37,755 nucleotides of DNA from an uncultured bacterium (GTDB lineage: Bacteria; SAR324; NAC60-12), in the NCBI GenBank assembly GCA_965662235.1, contig CBFIGY010000030.1, positions 1 to 37,755 on the forward strand, in the 5' to 3' direction. Below, piece after piece: positions 29,768-36,930 of this stretch. A model generated the notes under the pieces. It was not told where the DNA came from, searched no databases, and saw nothing but the letters and a program-made list of their open reading frames with translations. The position numbers and the translations under genes are program-made. The stretch's first letter is position 1, and every line of letters begins with the position of its first letter.

Positions 29768-29845
29768 TCGAACATGATCGTAGACCACTTCTGCCAACTC
29801 GCAAAACCTTTCCTTTCCTCACCCTACTCTGCTTGAAACCCTTCC

Positions 29846-31204
29846 ATGAATGAGCTGATTCTTTTGATTCAGGACCTGATTGCCCCTGTCCTAGACGCCC
29901 TGGCCCCTTACCTGGAGCCGGCGAACGAAGTCCTGGGCGAAGAGGCCCCACTGATCCTCGGTGGTGGACTGGCCGTGGTCCTCATCCTCCTTGTCCTCTT
30001 CCTGCGCCGCAAGCCCAAGGTTCTGAGTCCAGAGGAAGCTGAGGAGAACGAGCGAGACAAGTACCTCGCCCGACTGGAGAAGGAGCGTCAGAAGGACCTG
30101 GAGCGGCGGGACAAGGAAAATGAGCGGCAGCTGGAGGCGCAGCGTCAGGAGAAGCTCAGTAAGCTGGAAGCCCGGGAAAAGGAAATTCAGGCTGAGCTGG
30201 CTCGCAAGGAAGAGGAACGCCGAGAGAAGAAGGTTCTGACCAAGTCGTTGGGAGAGGCGGAGGCGCCGGTTGCCGAAGAGGCTCCTCCGGCAGAGAGCTT
30301 CCTGGACCGACTCAAGCGCGGCATTGGCAAGACGCGAACGCAGCTGCTGGAACGTCTGGACGAGATCGTCCACGGTAAACGAGAGATTGACGAGGAGGTC
30401 CTCGACGATCTAGAGGAGGTCCTCATTGGGGCCGACATTGGCCCTGAGACGACCCAGAAGATTCTGGACGTCTTGACAGCGAAGGTGGAGCGGAACGAGC
30501 TGAAGGATCCCGCTGCGCTGCGGGCGGCCCTGCAGGAACAGATTGCGGCCATCATGGACAAGTCGGTTCCGGTTCCTTCGGTGGAAGACCGGAAGCCACT
30601 GGTGCTCCTCTTTGTCGGCGTCAACGGCGTGGGCAAGACCACGACCATTGGGAAGCTGGCGGCTCAGTATGCGCGGGAAGGCAAGAAGGTCCTCATGGGC
30701 GCCGGAGACACCTTCCGGGCTGCTGCCATTGAGCAGCTGGGTGAGTGGAGTCAGCGTGCCAACTGTGACCTGATGTCCAAAGACGCTGGGGCTGATCCTT
30801 CCGCGGTGCTGTATGAAACGGTGGAACGGGCGATGGCGGAGAACTACGACGTGGTGATCTGCGATACTGCCGGACGCCTGCACACCAAGAAGAATCTCAT
30901 GGAGGAGCTGAAGAAGATGGTCCGTGTCATCCGCAAGCTCATCCCAGATGCCCCGCACGAGGTGCTGCTGGTGCTGGATGCGACCACCGGACAGAATGCC
31001 ATCTTCCAGGCCCGGGAGTTCAAGGATGCTGCTGAGCTGACGGGCATCGTGGTGACCAAGCTGGACGGCACCTCCAAAGGCGGAGTGGTCATTGGCATTG
31101 TCAACGAGTTCGACATCCCGGTGCGCTACATCGGGGTGGGAGAGCAGGTGGATGACTTGCGACCCTTTGACGCGAAGCAGTTTACCGAGTCCCTGTTCGC
31201 CTGA
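29846..31204 (+). CDS. ftsY: Signal recognition particle receptor FtsY
   Basis: GVNGVGKTTTIGKLA, DTFRAAA, DTAGR and TKLDGTSKGG; N-terminal TM helix plus a charged region. Confidence 0.96.
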   Translation: MNELILLIQDLIAPVLDALAPYLEPANEVLGEEAPLILGGGLAVVLILLVLFLRRKPKVLSPEEAEENERDKYLARLEKERQKDLERRDKENERQLEAQRQEKLSKLEAREKEIQAELARKEEERREKKVLTKSLGEAEAPVAEEAPPAESFLDRLKRGIGKTRTQLLERLDEIVHGKREIDEEVLDDLEEVLIGADIGPETTQKILDVLTAKVERNELKDPAALRAALQEQIAAIMDKSVPVPSVEDRKPLVLLFVGVNGVGKTTTIGKLAAQYAREGKKVLMGAGDTFRAAAIEQLGEWSQRANCDLMSKDAGADPSAVLYETVERAMAENYDVVICDTAGRLHTKKNLMEELKKMVRVIRKLIPDAPHEVLLVLDATTGQNAIFQAREFKDAAELTGIVVTKLDGTSKGGVVIGIVNEFDIPVRYIGVGEQVDDLRPFDAKQFTESLFA

Positions 31205-31652
31205 TCCCGCGGCACCTCCAGCAGCCCTTCCGGCAGGATTTTCGCTGCTGGAACTGCTGTTGGTGCTGGTGATCAGCGCTGCTCTGGCCGGAGCCGCCTG
31301 GTTTTCACTAATGCCCTGGTGGCACCGGGTTCAGGCGGAGCAGGAAGCGGCGGAAGTCCACAGCGCGCTCCGGGAAGCACAGCTGCTGGCGTTGCTCCAG
31401 CACCGAACCTATGGCCTCGCTCTGCACGATCACCAGCTGGGGCTGCGGTGGACTCAAGACGGTTCCGAGCAGTTCCTCCCTTGGACGACCCTCTCTGCAG
31501 AAGCTTCCCTCACGGCCACCCGCTGGCCCAGTTTCAGTCCCTTCGGGTTTGCGCAATCCGGAACCCTGACCTACCAGACCCCCACTCATGAGATCAAGCT
31601 GGTGGTGAGCCTCTTTGGCCGCATCCGGCAGGAACCGTCGGTGTCGCGCTGA
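31152..31652 (+). CDS. Prepilin-type (GspH/FimT-like) protein
   Basis: Class III signal AG|FSLLELLLVLVI; the last in-frame ATG (31152) overlaps the end of ftsY, so the start is uncertain. Confidence 0.75.
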   Translation: MTCDPLTRSSLPSPCSPDPAAPPAALPAGFSLLELLLVLVISAALAGAAWFSLMPWWHRVQAEQEAAEVHSALREAQLLALLQHRTYGLALHDHQLGLRWTQDGSEQFLPWTTLSAEASLTATRWPSFSPFGFAQSGTLTYQTPTHEIKLVVSLFGRIRQEPSVSR

Positions 31653-31684
31653 TTTTTTGAAAAAATGAGGTAGGTGAGAAAGGG

Positions 31685-31700
31685 TGGCACTTCTTCTGCA
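31685..31700 (+). promoter_or_regulatory. Sigma54 (-24/-12) promoter candidate
   Basis: TGGCAC-TTCTT-CTGCA with exact GG-N10-GC spacing, in an intergenic region downstream of a T/A tract. Confidence 0.6.
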
Positions 31701-31765
31701 ATAGGGGTGGAAACCGTTTGCTTGGAAGGCAGGCGGTCTTTCGCAACCCTGATGCAGGAGATCAC

Positions 31766-31948
31766 ATGGAAGCTATTCTCACTCGACTGATTTTGCAGCT
31801 GGAATTCCTTGCCAGCAACCAGATTCCCCTGGCTCAGGGGCTGGATCTGCTGGAGGCCTCGGCCCAGAACTGCAGTGAGTTGATCGTCGTCAATGTCCTT
31901 CGGGACTCCCTCCAGGAAACCCTTAAGGAGCAAGCTCGCCTTGCCTAA
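31766..31948 (+). CDS. Small 60-aa hypothetical protein
   Basis: ATG at 31766 with RBS CAGGAG; fills the intergenic gap; codon usage resembles the host. Confidence 0.65.
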   Translation: MEAILTRLILQLEFLASNQIPLAQGLDLLEASAQNCSELIVVNVLRDSLQETLKEQARLA

Positions 31949-31963
31949 GCCTCTCCGAGCAGG

Positions 31964-32482
31964 TCAATTTTCGGGACGCTGTTGATACGGGACCTCCCAG
32001 TGAGGGAGCATTGGCTCCAGCCCGACATTCAGTCCCTCCACCTGCTCGACCAAGGTCATCAGGAGCTCGGCTGCCATCACGCCGTCCGGATAGACCAGCA
32101 GTAACGGATAGTACTCCTTGGTGCCAAAGGACCGCTTGATCCGTAGGTTCTCTTCCTCCAGTCGCACCAGGTACTGCAGCAACTCCGTTCCTCCCCCGTT
32201 CAGCTCAAACGCCATCTCATTCAGCGTAAACACCCGTTCCTGATTCTGGAACAGATCGTAGTACTCAATCTGGTCCGCCCGACAGCGCACGTAGATGGGG
32301 TTGACGTAGCCAGGAGCGCCGACCCACTGGAACTCGACCTTCTGCGGCAGCTCGGGTGCCTGCTCCTCCATGGGCGAGATCACAAAGCTGATGGCGAGAA
32401 AGGCCAACACGCCCATGGTGCTCAGCAGGACACTGAGGAAGGGGAAGAGCGAGATTTCCGGGTTCCGGGGGGAACGTCTCAT
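31964..32482 (-). CDS. Single-TM ExbD/TolR-like partner protein (atypical)
   Basis: MRRSPRNPEISLFPFLSVLLSTMGVLAFL N-terminal TM; 4-bp overlap with the MotA/ExbB-like gene. Confidence 0.65.
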   Translation of the reverse strand: MRRSPRNPEISLFPFLSVLLSTMGVLAFLAISFVISPMEEQAPELPQKVEFQWVGAPGYVNPIYVRCRADQIEYYDLFQNQERVFTLNEMAFELNGGGTELLQYLVRLEEENLRIKRSFGTKEYYPLLLVYPDGVMAAELLMTLVEQVEGLNVGLEPMLPHWEVPYQQRPEN

Positions 32483-34047
32483 GACGGCGCGTTGGAGCGG
32501 TTCGGCGGAGCATCAGGATCGGGGGCGTCTTCTGAACGGCGGGAGTCGTATCCGGCAGCTTCTGCGCGGGCCATCTCTTCTGCAAGCGAGCCATCGTCGG
32601 CAGGTGTTGCCAAGGGGGCTTCCGGCTGCGACGGGGCCGGCGGAGGCTCGGGCGTCGGGAACTCCGGGGTGGCGGCAAACACTTCCAGGGCGCTCGGCTT
32701 CGGAGTCGAATCGGCTTCCGGAGGAGTCGGTTCCAAAGCGGCTGGCTCCAAAGCAGCTGGCTTCTCGGGCGGGACCGCTACGGGAGGGACGGGCGCGGGC
32801 GGGAGGTTGTGAGGGGGTGGGTCGGCTTCCCGGACGGAGGGGGCGGCGTCCCCTTCTGGGGCGGAGGGTTTTTCCTCTGGAGGAGTGGCGTCTGTTTCCG
32901 GAGGGGCCGGTTCCTTCGAGGGCAGCACGAGGGACGACGACCGAAGGGCTTCCGGAGTTGCGGCGGGGCGGGGCGGGGCTTCTTCCTCTGCAGGAAGCAC
33001 CTGGTCACCGATCTCCTGAATGAGCGGTTGCAGAGCGGCAACCTGGGCCTGAAGCGAACCTGTTCGCTGTTCCACACCGTCCAGCATGGGGGCGACTCGA
33101 GAGAGCCACTGGTCGGCAAACTCGGTAACCCGCTCCAGCTGGGCATCCGCGGCTTCGGCAATGGCCCGGTCTCCCGGGTGCACATGAAGGTGGGGAAGCA
33201 GTTCTTCCAGACAGTACTCTTCAATGTTGAGAAGCAGGTCCTCCTCGGCCTTACGGGTTGAGGACGCAAGGACCATCACGGGGATGACGCCTGCAAGCGC
33301 AAGGAAGGTGGTGTTGAACGCCACAGAGAGGCCACTGGTCACCCCACCGAGGGCAGAACGAAGCTGTCCCCCCAGCGAGCCGGAGTCCGCGCCACGGATG
33401 AACTCTGAGAACTCCCCAATGCTCTGACCAATGCCGAAGACGGTGCCAATGAAGCCAACAATCGGAATGGCCCAGATGAAGACGTTCAGCAGGGTGTACC
33501 GACCCTGCAGGCGGTTGTAGTCCAACTCGGCCTGGTAGTCGAGGATGGCCTTGACCTCCTCCTTGCGGGGCACGGCCTTGAGGTAAAGGAAGATGCGTCG
33601 CACCCGCTGAAAGATGAGGCTGCTCTGAAACTGCCGGACCTTCTTGTGCTGCAGGTGCTCTCCAATTTCCTGAATGCGGGCCTCTAGGTTGGAAACAAAA
33701 ATGCCCTGACTGAGGGATTCATGCAGCTCGGCATCAAGCAGGGCCTCGTAGGCACGGTACTGTCGACGGTGTGCCCGGAAGCGGTAGAGCACCAGGAAGA
33801 GGGACCAGACGCACATCAGGAAGATCGCCTCGGAGATGCGCCCGGAAAACAGCTCCAGCAGAAACGCGTTATGCGTGACCGGAATCGGAAAGACGAGGTA
33901 AAAGATTCCGGTGACCATCAGAGCCAGGGTGAGCGCCTTCAGGACGTCGCTGCGCTCGTGGCTGGAGGAGGTGGCGAGCATGGTTCCGCATCGCTGACAG
34001 TAAAGCGCCGCCTCAGGATTCAGGGCGCTGCATCGAAGACATTTCAT
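32479..34047 (-). CDS. MotA/TolQ/ExbB proton-channel family protein with N-terminal zinc ribbon and Pro/Glu/Ala-rich tail
   Basis: CLRC..N....YCQRCG ribbon; AIPIVGFIGTVFGI and GLSVAFNTT channel motifs; ATG at 34047. Confidence 0.85.
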   Translation of the reverse strand: MKCLRCSALNPEAALYCQRCGTMLATSSSHERSDVLKALTLALMVTGIFYLVFPIPVTHNAFLLELFSGRISEAIFLMCVWSLFLVLYRFRAHRRQYRAYEALLDAELHESLSQGIFVSNLEARIQEIGEHLQHKKVRQFQSSLIFQRVRRIFLYLKAVPRKEEVKAILDYQAELDYNRLQGRYTLLNVFIWAIPIVGFIGTVFGIGQSIGEFSEFIRGADSGSLGGQLRSALGGVTSGLSVAFNTTFLALAGVIPVMVLASSTRKAEEDLLLNIEEYCLEELLPHLHVHPGDRAIAEAADAQLERVTEFADQWLSRVAPMLDGVEQRTGSLQAQVAALQPLIQEIGDQVLPAEEEAPPRPAATPEALRSSSLVLPSKEPAPPETDATPPEEKPSAPEGDAAPSVREADPPPHNLPPAPVPPVAVPPEKPAALEPAALEPTPPEADSTPKPSALEVFAATPEFPTPEPPPAPSQPEAPLATPADDGSLAEEMARAEAAGYDSRRSEDAPDPDAPPNRSNAPS

Positions 34048-34230
34048 CCAGTATCTCAAATGAGGGGGTTGGGAACGTTCACGCTAGAAAACCAGGCCGG
34101 AACAATCAAGTTTTCCCCCACTTGGACCCGGGGCAAAAGTCGTGCATCTGGAGACATTTCGGGTTTTTTCTTGCATGCTGCTTCGTGCGGGGGCAACCCC
34201 GGAAGCTCTTTTCCTCAAGCACAACGCTTC

Positions 34231-34761
34231 ATGATCATTCGACTCCTGCTCTTGGGAAGCCTGCTGCTCAGCCTTGGGTTTCCCCTCCAGAGCCATGCCC
34301 TGCCGCTGCAGACCGCCATTTTGGGACCCTCGCTGGAGCCCGTGGGGCAGGCGAACATCTACATTGACTATGTTGAATTACTGGACTCAGAAGGCAACCA
34401 GAAAGGGCGGATCGGTTTCACGAACACCGAGGGGCAGTTTCAGATGCTGGTGGTCCGAGACGGGGCATCGCCCGATTGGGTGGGCACAGCTGCAAACCGG
34501 CGCCTGTACGACCGATCGGGGAAGCTGCTGGCGTTTTATGATTGGACCACCTTCTGGATTTACGTCTATGCGCCGGACGGCACGCGGTTGGGACAGGCCA
34601 AGTGCATCGCGTTCCGGGGAGTTTGTGCCGCCGGCATCGCTGGGTACCTCAGCGGCATCCTGGAGCCGGATTACCAGGTTCCCGCTCCTCCTCCTGCGGC
34701 ACCTGCCGCGGCGGCCCGTTCGGAGGCTTCAGCACCTGCGGTTGCGCCGACTGATTTCTAA
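34231..34761 (+). CDS. Hypothetical secreted protein
   Basis: Signal peptide MIIRLLLLGSLLLSLGFPLQSHA; beta-rich body; Ala/Pro tail. Confidence 0.7.
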   Translation: MIIRLLLLGSLLLSLGFPLQSHALPLQTAILGPSLEPVGQANIYIDYVELLDSEGNQKGRIGFTNTEGQFQMLVVRDGASPDWVGTAANRRLYDRSGKLLAFYDWTTFWIYVYAPDGTRLGQAKCIAFRGVCAAGIAGYLSGILEPDYQVPAPPPAAPAAAARSEASAPAVAPTDF

Positions 34762-34797
34762 TCCGATGCCTGCTTCCTTATCCCTGAGAGGCGTTTC

Positions 34798-36330
34798 ATG
34801 AAGACGCTTCGGTTGATTCTGGGGGATCAGCTCAACGCCCAGCATTCCTGGTTCCAGGAGGTCCGGCCAGAGGTCGTGTACGTCCTCATGGAGGTCCGTC
34901 AGGAGACCGATTACGTCCGGCACCACGTGCAGAAGGTGGTGGCGTTCTTTGCCGCCATGCGAGCGTTTGCCGAGAGGCTCCGGCATCAGGGGCATCAGGT
35001 GGTGTACCTGACCTTAGATGATCCGCGGAACCAGCAGACGCTTCCGGAGAACCTCAAGGCGCTGCTGCACGAGCATCAGGCGTCTCGGCTGGAGTGGATG
35101 CTTCCGGATGAGTGGCGGGTGGATCAGCAGCTGCAAGCCTTTGCGGCTTCCTTGGAGCTGGAAACCGCTGGAGTGGACTCAGAGCACTTCTTTGAACCCC
35201 GGGAAGCCCTTGGCACGCTGTTCCGGGGGAAGAAGACCTACCTGATGGAAACGTTCTACCGCAAGATGCGGCAGCAGCATCAGGTGCTGGTGGAAGGGGG
35301 CAAGCCGGTGGGCGGCAAGTGGAATTTTGACCAGGAAAACCGGAAGCGGTACGACGGCGCGGTCCCGTTGCCGCCGGTGCCTCACTTTCATACGGACGTA
35401 TCCGACCTGGTGCGCCTGCTGACGGATCACGGAGTGACCACGGTGGGAAGCCTTGCCGCTGGAGACCTACGGTGGCCGGTGACTCGGGAACAGGGACTGC
35501 AGGCGCTGGAACATTTTGTCCAGGAACGTCTTCCTTTTTTTGGCACCTACCAGGACGCGCTGACGGAGGAAGGGCCGTTTCTGTTTCACTCCCTCCTTTC
35601 CTTTGCACTGAACGTGAAGCTCCTGAGTCCACGAGAGGTTGTGGACCGGGCGATTCAGGAGTGGAAGCAGCGTCCGGAGGCGATCAGCCTAGCGCAGCTG
35701 GAGGGCTTTGTTCGGCAGATCCTGGGGTGGCGTGAGTACATGCGGGGCGTGTACTGGGCAGAGATGCCGGGCTACCGGTCTCAGAACTTTCTGGAGCACG
35801 ATCGTCCGTTGCCGGAGTGGTTCTGGACGGGGGAAACGCAGATGCGGTGCCTGCGGCAGGCAGTGACGCAGTCGCTGGAGCACGCGTATGCGCATCACAT
35901 CCAACGCCTGATGGTCACGGGAAATTTTGCGCTGCTGGCAGGAGTTGACCCGGAGGCTGTGGATGCCTGGTACCTAGGCATTTACGTGGATGCGCTGGAG
36001 TGGGTGGAACTGCCCAACACCCGGGGCATGAGTCAGTATGCGGATGGAGGACAGGTGGCGACCAAGCCCTATGTGGCCTCTGCCAACTACCTGAACCGCA
36101 TGGGCGATCACTGCGTGCAGTGTGCGTATGACCCAAAGCAGAAAACCGGACCCCGGGCCTGTCCCTTCAATGCCCTTTACTGGGAGTTTTTTGTCCGACA
36201 TCGGGAACGCCTGCAGGGCAATCACCGCATCGGCATGACCTACCGGACCTGGGACAAGATGGCCCCGGAGGCTCAACAGCAGCTTCTGGAGCAGGCCTCC
36301 TGGGTCCGGGAACACCTGGAGGTGCTCTAA
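34798..36330 (+). CDS. FeS cryptochrome/(6-4) photolyase (CryB/PhrB, CryPro family)
   Basis: LRLILGDQL, HHVQK, RQILGWREY, AHHIQRLMVTGN and WVELPNT; four Cys (MRCL, HCVQC, ACPFN) consistent with a 4Fe-4S cluster. Confidence 0.93.
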   Translation: MKTLRLILGDQLNAQHSWFQEVRPEVVYVLMEVRQETDYVRHHVQKVVAFFAAMRAFAERLRHQGHQVVYLTLDDPRNQQTLPENLKALLHEHQASRLEWMLPDEWRVDQQLQAFAASLELETAGVDSEHFFEPREALGTLFRGKKTYLMETFYRKMRQQHQVLVEGGKPVGGKWNFDQENRKRYDGAVPLPPVPHFHTDVSDLVRLLTDHGVTTVGSLAAGDLRWPVTREQGLQALEHFVQERLPFFGTYQDALTEEGPFLFHSLLSFALNVKLLSPREVVDRAIQEWKQRPEAISLAQLEGFVRQILGWREYMRGVYWAEMPGYRSQNFLEHDRPLPEWFWTGETQMRCLRQAVTQSLEHAYAHHIQRLMVTGNFALLAGVDPEAVDAWYLGIYVDALEWVELPNTRGMSQYADGGQVATKPYVASANYLNRMGDHCVQCAYDPKQKTGPRACPFNALYWEFFVRHRERLQGNHRIGMTYRTWDKMAPEAQQQLLEQASWVREHLEVL

Positions 36331-36354
36331 AACTCTGGCGCTGCTGCTCAAACC

Positions 36355-36363
36355 TGCTATAGT
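36355..36363 (+). promoter_or_regulatory. Extended -10 promoter candidate for ssrA
   Basis: TGcTATAGT about 22 nt upstream of the mature tmRNA 5' end. Confidence 0.5.
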
Positions 36364-36385
36364 AATAGGGCTTTTCACGAATTGT

Positions 36386-36762
36386 GGGGATGTTCCGGAA
36401 TTCGACTGTCAGTGGAAGCAACAAGAAGCAAGCCGTGGGTGGTGTTCGTGGCCACGTTAAAACGATCACCAAAAAAGTTAGCTGCAAACAACGCTGACTA
36501 CACTCCTGCTCGCGCAGCTGTCGCTGCGTAACTGAGCAGGCGCCAAGCGGAAGGTTCGCCCAAGACGTTCCGTTCGGTGTCATCCTGAGTTGGGCTGGTA
36601 ACGCGTCCTCCTCCGTGGCCGTTGCGAGACTTTAGGAGGTGTTTCAGGGTGAGGCGGTTGGATGCCCACACCCCTGGCGAAAACGAGAAGTTCCAACTAA
36701 GCTTGTAGAAACTTGGGTGAAAGCTCGTCAGGACGCGGGTTCAACTCCCGCCATCTCCACCA
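36386..36762 (+). ncRNA. ssrA: tmRNA; tag peptide ANNADYTPARAAVAA* (36484-36531)
   Basis: 5' GGGGATG..GGAATTCGAC; 3' GACGCGGGTTCAACTCCCGCCATCTCCACCA; acceptor stem with G3.U pair; internal frame starting at GCA and ending in AA-stop. Confidence 0.96.
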
Positions 36763-36858
36763 ACCAAGTTCATTCTTCAATTTCCCCTTTTATCTTCAGT
36801 GACTTAGCTCGCTGAGTGGCGATCAGAAATGCCTGGCTTGACGGTATTTTCTGATTTT

Positions 36859-36881
36859 CACGGGCTGTTCCACGGGCTGTT
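36859..36881. repeat. Tandem 11-bp direct repeat, possible integrase arm-type sites
   Basis: CACGGGCTGTT-c-CACGGGCTGTT between ssrA and the integrase gene. Confidence 0.6.
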
Positions 36882-36930
36882 TGATTCGGGTTTAGCTTAG
36901 AACGCGATCGCCCCTCACTAGAGAGGCTTC

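Noticed and set aside
31964..34047. Zorya (ZorAB) anti-phage system
   Set aside because: The partner lacks an OmpA-like peptidoglycan-binding domain and the TM Asp, there is no zorC/D/E, and the context is housekeeping genes
33721..34230. N-terminal extensions in the ORF track (33721, 23395, 7652, 18284, 26739, 29797, 31092, 31718)
   Set aside because: They overlap neighbouring genes or promoters; downstream ATGs fit signal peptides, RBS or family starts better
36167..36583. 138-aa minus-strand ORF
   Set aside because: It overlaps the tmRNA gene and the photolyase end and is most likely spurious
36725..36762. tRNA gene
   Set aside because: The T-arm and CCA belong to the tmRNA tRNA-like domain; there is no anticodon arm
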